From assembly GCF_006345805.1 (NCBI RefSeq), contig NC_043010.1:55862001-55926000 (forward strand): a stretch of 64,000 nucleotides of DNA, in the 5' to 3' direction. The position numbers and the translations under genes are program-made. Shown piece after piece: positions 1 through 12,805 of the stretch (positions within the stretch are counted from its first letter, which is position 1; every line of letters begins with the position of its first letter). The notes under the pieces were generated by a model. It was not told the DNA's origin, did no database searches, and was given only the letters and a program-made list of their open reading frames with translations. The stretch is from Octopus sinensis. Its lineage: Eukaryota.

Positions 1-2290
1 GTGATCTGGGGGACTGGATTTGCTGATACATTTTCCCCCCTAATAACCTTTCTAATTCGTCTTCATAATGTATTCACTGAGCTCTCATAATCAGAGACAA
101 CTCTGCATGCTGAATTTCTTCAACACATAAAGGTCCCTGTTTTGACATTTCTATTTCCGCACATTTTTGCAAATCGAAGCACCAGTCTGAATAATGTTCC
201 ATGATCCCATCTATAGGATTCATACTACCTATCTGAAGAGCATTGCACATCCTAATTGGGTCTTTTCTGATCTTCATATCACCCAATAACAATTCCCCAC
301 TATTCTTGTATGGTTGCCATTCATCAGTTTTGTGTTACCTCAAGAAGGTAGGTCCAGTGAACCACAACTCGCTATCTAACCTGCTAAACACCTAACCTCG
401 ATTAACAATGTCCACAGGATTGTTTCTGCCTGACACATAACGCCACTGATCAGATTGTGACCCTTCTCTGATAAGACTAACTCTGTTTTCTATAAATATC
501 TGGAACCGTTTGGTTTCGTTTGTAATGTAAGCCAAAACTATTTTCGAGTCTGACCAAAAGAACGTTCGATCAATTCTGATTTCTAATTCCTTTCACAAGA
601 GAGTGTCAACTCTGACTGACAAAGCGGCTGCTTGTAATTCCAGTCATGGGATAGTACATTGTTTGAGAGGTGAAACTCTACTTTTGCTTATGGTAAGCTG
701 TGTATGGATCTTTCCAAACTTGTCGACACACCTGATATAGCTACAACAACCGTAGGCTGACAGGCTTGCGTCTGGAAAATGATGTAATTTCAAATATGCC
801 TCATCAAAACCCAGTGGTTTAATGCAGCGCAGAATTTGTGCTTGATTGGGAAACTCCAATGTTTCCAACCATTTGCTTCACTGTTCGCAAAGTTTCAAAG
901 AAACTGATTCATCCCAATCATATTTGCAACGAGTAGCATCCTGAAACATTAACTTGCCCAGTGATATCTGGGGATCAACAAACCCAAGCAGGTCATATAT
1001 CGATGACACAATGCTCAACATTTTCCTCCTCGTGGCTATCTGATTTCTCTCTACGCTGATCTCAAAGGCGAAAGCATCCGACATGATATTCCATTTTACA
1101 CCAAGTACCTTTCCCGATGAATCAGTACTGAAGCTCTTCACTCCTTTTGCACTATGATTCTCTGGAATTTCTTCCAACAACTATCATCGACAACAAATTT
1201 TGTGAGATTGAAACCACCACTAGCTAGAACCAAGGGAACTTCACGCAGAATTATTCTAGCTTCGTCTTATCTTCTACAGATTTCAAAATATCATCTACAT
1301 AGAATGACTTGTCAATTGAGTCAGTTGCGAATGCACTGGCATCTTCACATTCTGTAACAATCCGTTTAAGAGTATAGGGAGAACTAATAGCACACCACAC
1401 ACCCCAAAACAAATGTGACGTCAGGCTATAGTGAACAACTTCCCTACCCTGATACCACAAAAATCTCAAAGCATCTCTATCTTTCAGTGGAATCTTGACT
1501 TGATGATACATAGATTCAATATCAGCTAGAATGGAATAGTGATGCTGTCTAAATCTCAATAATACATGCAATAATTTGCTAACTTAATTAGGACCTTGTC
1601 TGCAACGTTCATTGAAAGATTTGCCCTGATATTTCGCTGCACAATCAAATACAATGTGCACTTTGCCAGGTTTCTTATCAGAAATGACTGCATGAGGAGC
1701 AAGATACCATATACGTTCAACACCACGGATTTGCTCTGGAGGAACAACCTCAGCATATCCATTACTAACTTGTTGATTTCTAAGTCATATCTTTGAATAA
1801 GATTTTCCCCTTCACGTTTCCTGAATGTAGATTTTAACCGGGATTTAGCATAATTATTTGGCAATGGTTCATCCCTATCTTTCCAGGGAATCAGTAACTG
1901 ATAATGACAATCCACTTTCAAACACTCCATATCCCATAATTCAATCACTGAAGGATCATCTTGTCACCAACCAACTTTATAAATCCCATCGTTTACGAAT
2001 TTCCATAATTTATGTATGTCATTTGTAACTACAGGGGGAGACATAGTAACAAAGCTAGATATGTCTTGACCACTAACCTTTTTAACTAGTGACTGGCCAT
2101 TGATACCCCAACCAAAGGGCTCACCTTTGTTACCCTTACGTACCTCCAATGGTATAAAGGCTTCTGTATGATCTTGACCTAGTAATAGATCTACTTGATA
2201 AGAACTATCAAAATATGGCAAGCTAATATCACCAAGATGTTCATATTTGCTCAAATCTGTGTTGTTTTTGTTAGGATTTCATCAACCACG
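1..2290 (-). mobile_element. BEL/Pao LTR retrotransposon pol remnant (protease-RT-RNase H), runs off the left edge
   Basis: Colinear frameshifted ORFs: DLLLGQDH (protease region, 1964-2254); ADIESMYHQVKIP..DRDALRFLW and FYVDD (RT, 1251-1571); KVLGVKWN..TRRKMLSIVSSIYDLLGF (878-1180); LHHFPDASLSAYG..KSRVSPLK (Pao-type RNase H, 644-868); VEEIQHAE (74-292). Confidence 0.9.
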
Positions 2291-2306
2291 TATACACCAG
2301 ATATCT

Positions 2307-2591
2307 CTAATTTATCATCATCTTCAGTGCATAAAGATAAAGTGGCCATTTTTGACTTTTACCGTGTATAAAATATTCACATAGTCGGTTTGCATACTGG
2401 AGAAATGGTTGCTGCTTCGTGTAGAAATCTAGGCAAGCGGGGTCACAATCACCACCGTGATAACAAAGACGAACAATGGTTAAAATGTTTTGGAGCCATT
2501 TATTTTCTACTCGTACGTCAACCTCATCATCATCTCGTGTTACATAAAAGGCGTTATCAGCCTCACTGAATCTTTTGAATAGGTGCTTCAT
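2307..2591 (-). other. Unassigned ORF remnant, 94 aa
   Basis: Non-repetitive, protein-like ORF (VRLCYHGGDCDPACLDF) that appears to continue upstream across a poly-A frameshift (AEDALDALDEQGKKK). No family recognised. Confidence 0.2.
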
Positions 2592-3039
2592 TACTTTTTT
2601 TTTTCCTTGCTCGTCAAGAGCATCTAAAGCGTCTTCTGCAATGCACTGATATCAGTAGTCATCGAACCTCTTGCATCCATGAAAGAGGAAATGGAAAAGT
2701 TCGCCAACCGTATCCTATGCAACATCAACATTTATACTGTCCAGAAGTTTGCCCAACTGGGAACTGTCCCTATGCTGCAGAGACCGTTGTCAATCAAACG
2801 ACACGCTCCCTGTAGCTATTGATTCAATGATACATAAACACAGGAAGCATATTCAAATGAGTTACGATGACCCCGACTTATGAAATTATTCCTTATCTGA
2901 GGCTGTCCATCAGTGACTCACACGTTGTTCGGCCAACTACCCACAGAGGTCTGTCAGATGATGACTGAGACCTTTTCCATTTGGCTGCATCTATGGAAAT
3001 CTTAAAGTTTAGTGAAATTTTTAAAAAATTGCTGTATTA

Positions 3040-3210
3040 ATGTAATTTTCCACGCTGAATCTCAGGGGTTTATTCGCTTTTTCCAGAAATTAAAAAAAAA
3101 AAGTTACAGAGGTTTCAAGTCTGATCATTTTTGCCCAGTCGGAAAATAGGATTTGGAAGATGTCATTTTGTGCGTGACAGCATGTGTTGTCAACTGTAAA
3201 CAAATGAAAT
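3040..3210. repeat. Dispersed repeat fragment related to 6940-7120
   Basis: Shared words aaaagttacagaggttt and gtgt(t)gtcaactgtaa in the same order at both loci. Confidence 0.4.
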
Positions 3211-3766
3211 ATTGGCGGAGTTCTGCTTCATAACCTCTCTTAACTCATAACTCCTCATAACTCATGGCGGATCTGAACAACCATAACATCACCAATCTTA
3301 TTATGAAAGTTAAAGATTAGTTAACCAATACAGAATACACACACGAAACTTTGCTTTTGTATTTTCTGGACTCGTGTTTATTTAAGTAATTACTGTTGGC
3401 TTAATGGTGACAGTCTCAACACCTGCCACCACCTGCCTCCAGCACCTGTTTGCGTAGAATTGTTAGGTGGAGGCTGTTATATATACCAGAACTGAGTGCG
3501 CGCACGCGTATGTGTTCATAAGTATATTACAAGAGTGTATTTCACATATACAGAAACATGCGAATGTGTGTGTATGTGATTTCCACTAGGTTTAATCATT
3601 ATTATTTTAATGCCGTTTAGTTCTCTACTGCGTTAAAGGCAACAATATTCGTTTATTAAGATACTATCACACCCGTACCATGAAAAATGCCGACAGTTTT
3701 ATCAATGGTAGAAAATTGTACATCATACGATGGGAGAAATCATTGCTAAATGTCTGCAATCTATAT

Positions 3767-4026
3767 TGTGGGATGACGTCAGCAGCTGGGGAGCTGACCG
3801 GAAAGGGCAGGAGTGACGCGCGCGCAAGCAGGGGAGCATTGGGCCTTTTCGAGCGGGGCAACCGACAGAGTAGGACGTGTGAGCGCTTTGTCAAGGTAGG
3901 GGAAAAGCAGCTGCTATTTCTAGCGTTTGGGTCGGGCCACGTGGAAGGGTGCATTACGACCAGAGAGGTCTGCGTCGACGAAGAGAAGATAAGTATCCTT
4001 ATTTCAAATCTCCTGCATACACCACA
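3767..4026 (+). repeat. 5' LTR (260 bp)
   Basis: Inverted ends TGTGG/CCACA; its 3' ~90 bp recur at 4929-5019. Confidence 0.8.
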
Positions 4027-5019
4027 CCATCAACCGCCTCGGCGGCGTCAGTTTTGTAGATGAGGTCACGTTCAGAAGCGTGGGGGCGTCGTGCGCTGTG
4101 AGTCAGGATCGCTAGAGAGAGCAGAGCCCGCGAGAGACTGCGCTGCTTACACCATCGAGGACAAAGTTTTTCAGGCGGCGTTCGATGGTCAGCGGTGGAC
4201 GTTAGAGTGGCGATGGAAGGACGAGCCCCCAATGCTGAAAAACAGAGTGAGCTGCTACCAGTATACCCTGAAAGGTCACGCCAGGGTCGAGTTTGATGAC
4301 GAGGTGGAAAGGTGGATCGAGGAAGGGGTCCTTGTCCCGTGGGAAGAGGAGGTAGTGGGTGGAGTGCTACCCCTGATGGAGGTGGTGCAGCCTACGAAGG
4401 GAAAAGTGAAACCGGTGCTGGACTTCAGTGAGCTAAACGAGCATATATCATGCCAGACGGGAGGCGACGGACGTTTGTGGCGAGGCGTTACGTGCGTGGA
4501 GACAGTCGACCAAGGCAGCGACGATTGTCGACTTGAAATCGCCATAGCGGAAAGAGAGCACATTTCGCCGCTGGAATCAGTTTTCTGGTACAAGATGTTT
4601 CCCCGATCTGGACAAGCCGAAGAATCTGTGCCGCACAGAGCGGTATTTAAATATGTATGGAGGTATCCCCAGTAAAGCGCCGGAGGGCCACGAGGAAGAG
4701 AAGGGACCCGCTTACGTGAAAATAGGGGAGGAAGTCTGGGTTAAGCCACCGAAGGTGCGCTGTACGTCTCAATAGAACAGAGGAAAGGTGACGACGGTCA
4801 ATTCCAGAAACGTCTCCGTGGATGAAATGCTGCGACATGTCTTGGACCTTCGCAGGATTGTCGCTTCGTCGGATGACGACTGTGGAGAGGGGGAGAACGA
4901 GGTGCCTGGCCTGAGAACGAGGTGCCTGGCCACGTGGAAGGGTGCATTACCATCGGAGAGGTCTGCGTCGACGAAGAGAAGGTGGATGTCCTTAATTCAA
5001 ATCTCCTGCATACACCACA
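3767..5019 (+). mobile_element. Internally deleted Gypsy-like LTR retrotransposon
   Basis: 5' LTR TGTGG..CCACA; partial 3' LTR 4929-5019; TATAT on both flanks. RT N-terminus (VERWIEEGVLVPW..KVKPVLDFSELN) and integrase C-terminal region (GEEVWVKPPKVRCTSQ..VTTVNSRNVSVDEMLRHVLDLR). Confidence 0.8.
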
Positions 5020-5220
5020 TATATGTATATACACAGAACTGAAGCACTTGAAGAATCAGATACGGTTGAAAATATCGTCCAAATAATATGTGTGTGTATG
5101 TATGTGTGTGTGCGTGCGTATACATGCATACATATATGTACATATACATACATTCATATAGGCATATATACATATATACACATACACATATATTTATGCA
5201 CATATTCACATGTGCATATC

Positions 5221-6430
5221 TCTCTTCTCCCGTCTGTCTTGATAGACAATGGGTCGCGCCAAGGGTGGGGCCTACTTTGATGATGAGCAGCGTCTGCTGT
5301 GACTGAACAGTCCAATTCTAGAGTGGCAGTCCCTGGTACAGTTGCTGCACACGAACATCGATGGGTACGTGTGGGGTGTTGCTGCAGTTGTCCTCCTCCT
5401 GTCCGACCACAGCTGTGCTCTCCTTTCCTCAGCCATGGAAACGCCTTTCCTCACTGTCCGACGCCAGGCAGAGCGGTAAGCAGCTGTTACCTCCCACGTG
5501 TCCACACAGATGTTGGCAGTCCTCAGGTCGCGCTTGCACACATCCCTGTGTCGTAGCTGTGGACGTCCCTTGGGTCGGGATCCCGTGGTGAGTTCGCTGT
5601 ACAGGATGTCTTTAGGCATGCGACCGTCCTGCATGCGGCAGACGTGCCCGAGCCAGCGCAGTCGTCTCCGCACGAGGAGGGCATGCATGCTTGGCATATT
5701 AGTCTGTTCTAGGATGACTCTGTTTGGTACTCGGTCCTTCCAGGAGATGCCAAGGATCCGTCGAAGACACCGCATGTGGAAGCCGCTGAGGCGGCATTCT
5801 TGCCGGGTGTATGTTGTCCAGCTCTCGCTGCCGTAGAGTAGGGTGCTCAGCACACAGGCTCGGTACACTGCGATCTTGGTGGTTATTGTGAGCATGTTGT
5901 TTTCCCACACTCTCCTGGAGAGCTTAGCCATGGCAGCAGCAGCCTTCCCAATCCGTCTGTTCAGCTCCGGCTCGAGGGACAGGCTGCTGGAGACCGTCGA
6001 TCCCAGGTAAGTGAACTCGTTCACCACCTGCAAGCTGTGGTCGCCGACACTGATGCTGGGGACCCCTCCGACGTCCTGGCCCATGATCTCTGTCTTTTTC
6101 AGGCCGATGGTAAGGCCGAACTCTTGGCAGGCATCCGCCAGGGAGCTGACCAGCCTCTGGAGACCCGGCTGGTTGTGTGATGTTAGGGCGGCATCGTCAG
6201 CAAAGAGGATCTCTCTGATCAGCACCTGACGGACTTTGGTCTTAGCTCTGAGGCGCGCAAGATTGAACAATCCACCATCAGCCCTGGTGTGGAGGAACAC
6301 TCCGTCGTCGGACGTTCTGAAGGCATAGGACAGGACAAGGGAGAAGAAAATTTCGAAGAGCGTCGGCGCCATAACGCAACCCTGTTTCACTCCACTCTGG
6401 ATGGGGAGTCGTTCCCATCCAGAGTGGATG
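5221..6430 (-). mobile_element. RTE-clade LINE, 5'-truncated (RT C-terminal half and 3' UTR)
   Basis: SGVKQGCVMAPTLF, LFADD, FTYLGS, RLRWLGHVCRM..RMPKDILY, terminal CSNC..H..HSRRC. The 5' end abuts (TA)n at 6434-6456. Confidence 0.92.
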
Positions 6431-6879
6431 TGCATATATATATATATATATATATACTCTCTGTTGTTGATGTTGAAATTCCAATAAAGGAGCCTTGGAT
6501 CTAGGTCAGAAACTGGATCTTTCTCTATAGGCAAGAAATTTATAACCCAATTAACATGTGGGTTATAAATAGAGAATAAATTAGAGTGGATTGTAGGTAT
6601 TTTACATTTACTTCTAGCGTATAAGCGCTGGCACTCCCGTGCCCTCAATTATAATTATACTTTTTATAATTATGTACTTGAAAATTAATTTTACCGATAT
6701 GGTCGTTTCTTATATGCTAGCCACTGATCAAATCATGCTAACTGATTATATCCTCAATTTATAAGTATAAATAAGTTTGAGTTCTTTGATCATTATATCA
6801 TGCTGCGGCACTATTTACCCCGTATGATTTCTGACATGAAGAACATGGCCGAGATGGGTAATTAGATGCGGGGCATGCA

Positions 6880-8030
6880 GGATCTAGTTCTTTCGTTCAT
6901 TCGCAAAATATGCATTTTTTAAAAGACAGTAAAAAAATCTGAAAATCTGCTATAATAATATAGTTTTCCAATCTTATTGCTATGGAGGTATGATGTTGCG
7001 GAGAAAAAAACTGGAGGAAAAAGTTACAGAGGTTTAGAAATCGAAAAAAACTGTGTATTTTTAGCCATTAGCGAGATAGAAATTTTCTGCGTTTAGCGGA
7101 GCAGTGTCAACTGTAAGGTTGTACCCTGTGAAATTTATAGTTTAGCGTATGTGGAATCCCCTGTTCACTGTAGGTTTCTAAATAAACAGAAATACCTAAT
7201 AAAATCAACATGGATCACCTTACTGTTTCTTTTGTCTCTTCATTGATTGTATGTTTTAAAAATTATTTTTGAATTTGCTATATTTGCGTGTTTACTTTAT
7301 ACGTATTTCAGTATTATGTATACCTGTCGTGTATTTGCGTACATCATTAATATATAAGAGTGTGTGTGTGTGAAAAGGGGGCGTCTGTCTCCAAAACTCC
7401 AAAGTTGAGTAACGTTTTCATGCTTGGATTTGTAAACTACGATAAGAATAACACTGGTCAACAAAGAATTTGTCCCAAGAAGAATACCTTTCTCTTATGT
7501 TTTTGCATGCAGAATTCAAAAATAATGTCAAATTATCTGTATCATCCACAGTTTCTCTGTTCCACGATATCCCTCTTGGTTCCTGTTACGTGGACTAAAT
7601 TTTAGTTAAGGTGTCGAAATGTGAAGCTAACGGTTTAAGAAATACTCCCAATTTAAATGTTTATGAATAGAATTAATCTAGTGAAATCATAAATCCAGCT
7701 ATCTGAGTCAATAAGTCCCTGAAGCTTGGCAATACTGAGTCGTTGAGTCACCGATGTTTTGTCAATATTGTGCTTGAAGTGTAGGTGTGCGGTTGTGTAC
7801 TGAGTTCACATATTCCATTCGCCTTCCTAATGCCAAGAACCTGTATAAACCTCGCAAACAGCTTTTGCTATATATGAAAATTATGTAGAATATTAAGACG
7901 ATTGACGAAAAATATCTATAATAAAATTCTAATTGATAAATATAATTTTTTTTTTAAACCAAACACGCGGGTGAAGTAAATCTCGTGGTGTGAAGAATCA
8001 ACACAACATATGGGTGAAATGAAACACAAT
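6880..8030. repeat. Unclassified dispersed repeat, inverted homologue of 57856-58315
   Basis: 7287-7478 is near-identical to the reverse complement of 58033-58223; 6880-6965 and 7965-8030 match 58235-58315 and 57856-57940 more loosely. Confidence 0.75.
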
Positions 8031-8431
8031 AGGAACTATAAGGACATACACAAATATTGTAAGTTCAAGACTTTTTCATCGGATCTCCAAAAAAATCGAA
8101 CTTATCTGCGATTCTTGTAAATTTCAATAACAATCTGTTCCTCTACACGATATGACAGTCACTATGTTTTTACTCAGACTTTCCTCTACATGATGTGGCA
8201 GTCACTTTGCCTCTTACTCGGATTTTCAGAAATTTTGCATGACTGTATCCGAAAATTTCTTCATACAACTTGATCAAATATTCAATATGAGCTATATGTA
8301 GACATGCATAAATTCTGTAGGTTTAAAACCTTTCATCGGATCTCCATGAATCGAACTTTCTTCAATGCAGTTAATCTTACAACCTCTTTTGTATCTACCC
8401 CTTTTGATGTTTGGGAATTCTCTGATATTTT

Positions 8432-8519
8432 TTTCGGCTGACGAGTACGAGCCATCTGTATTCACTGCATTTTTTGTAGCTTATTAAAGATGTCCTCGTA
8501 CGAAACGATCGTACCGAGA
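8432..8519 (+). ncRNA. Type I hammerhead ribozyme motif with extended stem II and palindromic stem III
   Basis: Stem I TTTCGG/CCGAGA; CTGACGA (8438-8444); stem II GTACGAG/CTCGTAC plus CATCT/AGATG; GAAA (8502-8505); stem III AC-GATC-GT; GUA triplet ending at 8513. Confidence 0.75.
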
Positions 8520-8685
8520 TTTTAATCCATTCTTGTTGCTTTTTTCCTATTTATAATCACCCCACTTGTCGTATGGTTAACACCATATAGATTTCCGGTA
8601 CATCCTAGTTAAGGACCATATTCATGTGAATTCTTTAGAATTCACTAGAATCTCAATTACTTAACCGAATATATATATATATATA

Positions 8686-8936
8686 TGTTACACATTCATA
8701 TCTATGTGTATACGTGTGTAGAATACATCCCCACTTTTGGCACTATTTGTTAGTGAACAGTACGGACTGTGTTTTAAAGTAAATAGTATTACTACGCTGT
8801 GTCTAACGATATATAGGTGTCGCTGCGCTGAAAGTAGCGCAGTTCGTATAACATGGAAAATTAAATAAACATGTAAAAGAATAACTATGCTTCGTATTGA
8901 GTTGTCTATCCCATTAGAACGAAATAACACATAACA
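8686..8936 (+). repeat. 5' LTR (251 bp)
   Basis: TGTTA..TAACA ends; 8745-8936 repeated at 12614-12805. Confidence 0.92.
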
Positions 8937-8954
8937 TGGTGGTAGCGGTGGGAT
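8937..8954 (+). promoter_or_regulatory. Primer-binding site, tRNA-Leu type
   Basis: TGGTGGTAGCGGTGGGAT directly after the LTR; one difference from the complement of the tRNA-Leu 3' end as I recall it (TGGTGGCAGCGGTGGGAT). Confidence 0.75.
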
Positions 8955-9061
8955 AATTAATTGGAAACTGTGCCTTTACAACAAAACAGAAACACAACGA
9001 ACCAGAAATTAACAAACAAAACATCGCTTCGTCTTCGGACACACATACACGAGAATCCAAA

Positions 9062-12000
9062 ATGGCGACCCCCGTCGCCGTACAGATGAATCTACATCCA
9101 ACCATGAATTGGGACTCCGGTGATATCGTGGAAGCGTTTAAGAAATTCAAACAGAAAACTCAACTAGTTTTCAAAAGTTTCCTAAAAGGCACAACCGAAG
9201 AAGAAAAGGTAAGCTATATCCTTTTATGGACGACCGAAAAAGGTCTAGACCTATTCAACAGCTGGGACATGTCAGAATCGGATTGCAATAACCCAGACAC
9301 ACTTTTAGAGAAATTTGAAAGGCACCTAGAGCCCAGGTCGAACCATAGAATTCACAGATACAAATTCCAGGGCCTGAAACAAGACCCACAAGAAACGATT
9401 GACAATTTCCTGTCCAGACTAAAGAATGTTGCCGAAAAATGCAAATTCAAAGATAAGGACGAAAGAATTGTTGACCAATTAATATGGGGGTGTGCTCATA
9501 AAGAAGTTCAGAAATCCCTCATAGGTAAGGACGCTCTCCAGTTGATAGAAGCAGTAGACACTGCATGAGCATTCGAAGCCACTACCAAACAAATGGCCTC
9601 ACTTACCTTACAAACAAGCTCACTAGGCAGCAGTGTAGATATTGTATCTAGGCACAGGACGAAACATACCCGCAAACAAAGAACATGCCAGTACTGTGGT
9701 ACAGAGCATGAATTCAATAACCGGAAGAAATGTCCTGCATTCGGTACACACTGCAAAGCATGTGGAAAACTTAACCACTGGAAAAAAATGTGTAGGTTGA
9801 CAAAATCCCAGAAATACAAGCCCCAATTTTCAAAGAGGAGCGGAAATAGAAAAAGAGATATACATGCACAACAACAGGAACAAAACACCTCAGAGGAGGA
9901 ATTCTTGGCAGTCGGCACAATAAATGTGCATGAGATGGGAGCGGACGACCAGAAAAAAAATGAGGCCTACACAACAATAAGAATTCAAAAGAAGGCTGGC
10001 AAGAAAAGAATAAACATTGACTTAAGGCTGAAGATTGACATTGGAGCCGAGAGTGATATCTTGCCTGTCAACCTTTACAAGAAGATGTTCCCAGAACACA
10101 TGACACAAGAGGATAAAATCAAAGAAGGAATCCTCACACCAAGTGATGTAATCCTCACTGCGTACGGAGGTACCAGGATTCCACAACTGGGTAAAACAAC
10201 AATTACAGGGACACACAAAGGAAAAATAATCACGTGTTATTTTTTATGTCACAAGAACAGAAGGACCAGCAATTCTTGGACTCAATACCTGCAAAAAGCT
10301 AAATATTGTGTCAATCAATGGTGAAGTGAAGGCAACTCCGAGCAGGATTGACAGAGATATGCCTATCAAAGACCGACCACCAATCACAAACAAAGAGGAA
10401 CTGATAAGCATGTACCCTGAATGCTTTGACGATACAGTCGGGTGCTTTGTGAAATGTCGATATCATATAACAGTCGACCCCAATATCAAACCAATTGTTC
10501 ACCCACCTCGCCGCGTCCCTCTAGAACTAAAAGAGAAGCTGAAGACAGAGTTGGACAAAATGGAAAAAAAAAAGAAATAATCACCAAAGTGACACGACCA
10601 ACAGACTGGGTGAATTCAATCGTAATCAAGGAAAAACCCAATGGTACACTACGGATATGCCTCGACCCAAGGGACCTGAACAAGGCTTTAAAAAGAGAGT
10701 ACCATCCAATTCCAACCCTTGAAGAAATCACACCATCATTGGCTGGGTCCAAATTATTCAGCAAACTGGATGCCAGTAATGGGTACTGGAATATAAAGAT
10801 AGACGAAGAGTCATCCATGCTCACTACCTTCAACACACCATTTGGCAGATATCGATTCAACCGACTCCCATTTGGATTGAAGGTGAGCCAAGATGTTTTC
10901 CAGCGCCAAATAGATGAGACCTACCAAGGCTGCAAGGGAGCAATAGGAATAGCAGATGACATCCAAGTGCATGGCAAGGATGAGACCACACATGACTTGA
11001 ATTTACATGAAGCTATGGAGAAAACCCGACAAGCAGGCATCAAACTCAATGCAAACAAGTGTGTGGTAAAAGCAAAGAAGTGCAAATTCTTTGGAATTAT
11101 ATACTCGGCAGAGGGAGTTAAACCATACCCCGCTAAACTGGAAGCCATCTGAGACATTAAAGAACCCAAAGACAAGAAGGAACTCAGGAGTTTCCTAGGA
11201 CTCATCCACTACATGGGAGCCTTCATACCCAAGCTGGCCGATCTCACTGCAAATCTCCGGGAACTAAACAGAGATGACGTAGAGTTTGATTGGTGTGCTT
11301 CACACACACAGGATTTCAAAGCAATCAAAAAGCTCATCAGTAAGGAGACAACTCTGCAATACTATGACAGACGCAAACCAATAATACTCCAAGTCGATGC
11401 ATCTATGAGAGGAGTTGGCGCAGCACTGATACAGGAAGGTAAACCCATTGCATATGCCTCGAAAGCTCTCTCACCCACAAAGACAAGGTACGCAAATATT
11501 GAAAGGGAACTCCTGGCAGTAGTATATGGATGTGAAAAGTTCCAAACATACCTGTATGGCAGAAATTTCAACATTGAAACAAACCATCGCCCGCTAGAAC
11601 AAATACATAGAAAAAAATCTCATGAAAGCACCAGCCAGACTGCAAAGATTACTGTTAAGGCTTCAAACATACGACTACGATATCAGGTACAAGCCAGGAA
11701 AAGACCTGATATTGGCGGATACTCTGTCCAGACTATCATCACATGACAAACAGGAGATGGAAGGACTAAGCATAAAGGTCCACCACATTGTGAATGTAAC
11801 AACCACAAAACTAGCAGAAATCAAAGAGGAGACCAGCAAAGATGATGAACTCCAGCTCCTTACTCAGATGGTGATTCAGGGGTGGCCAGAAAAGAGACAT
11901 CAGGTGCAGCCCCTAATTCGTGAATATTGGGCCATCCATGATGATATATCAGTGGAGAATGGAATCCTGATGGCTGGATCCCGAATAATTATACCCAAGT

Positions 12001-12613
12001 CAATGCAAAAAGAGATTCTTGACAAGATCCACCAAGGGCATCTCGGAATGGAGAAATGCAAGCTCCGAGTCAAGTCAGCAGTATATTGGGTAGGCATGTA
12101 CAAAGACATAGAGAAGACAGTTTCTACATGCCACATCTGTCAGAAGTACAGAAACTCACAACAAAAGGAGGAAATGATATCTAGTGACATCCTAAGAAGG
12201 CCATGGCAAACTATTGGAGTAGATCTGTTCACAGAGGGCCAAGAATGGTATTTGATTATGGTCTGCTACTACTCCAAATTTCCATTTGTGAGAAAAGTGA
12301 AAGACCTGAGAGCCAAAACAATCACTACAGTGGCTCGAGGACTTTTAGCAGAGCAAGGAATACCAGAGCAGATCATATGTGACAACAGAACCCAGTTCAC
12401 ATCACAAGAATTCAAAAAACTAGCCGATGAGTATGGGTTCAATATTACAACCTCATCTCCACACTACCCCAAAGGTCATGGGTTTATAGAAAGACAGGTG
12501 CAGACAGTGAAGAGAACACCAGTCAAATGCCGAGAGACTAAGGAAGACCCACACCTGGCACTTCTGTCCCTACGAGCGACACCACTGAGAGCTGATATGA
12601 AATTCCCAGCAGA
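9062..12613 (+). pseudogene. gag-pol with stops and frameshifts
   Basis: Gag (EEKVSYILLW..FQGLKQ..ETIDNFLSRL); CQYCGTEH and CKACGKLNHW..C; protease KIDIGAE; RT LRICLDPRDLN, LDASNGYW, IADDI; RNase H DAS..GVGAAL, YANIERELLAVV; integrase H..HLG..KC..C..C, D..CDN..FTS..E. Confidence 0.92.
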
Positions 12614-12805
12614 ATTTGTTAGTGAACAGTACAAACTGTGTTTTAAAGTAAACAGTATTACTACACTGTGTCTAATGATATATAGGTGTCGCTGCGCTGA
12701 AAGTAGCGCAGTTCGTGTAACATGGAAAAGTAAATAAACACGTAAAATAATAACTATGTTTCGTATTGAGTTGTCTATCCCATTAGAACGAAATAACACA
12801 TAACA
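12614..12805 (+). repeat. 3' LTR lacking its first 59 bp
   Basis: Matches the 5' LTR from 8745 onward; fused directly to the integrase, no polypurine tract. Confidence 0.9.

Larger units (their letters stand above)
8686..12805 (+). mobile_element. Ty3/Gypsy LTR retrotransposon (Mag-like), nearly full length, inactivated
   Basis: LTRs, PBS, gag with two CCHC knuckles, then protease-RT-RNase H-integrase order; (TA)n on both sides. Confidence 0.95.

Noticed and set aside
5272-6648. 458-aa ORF read as a single protein
   Set aside because: The N-terminal ~75 aa come from read-through across (TA)n and an unrelated repeat; only the RT part is real.
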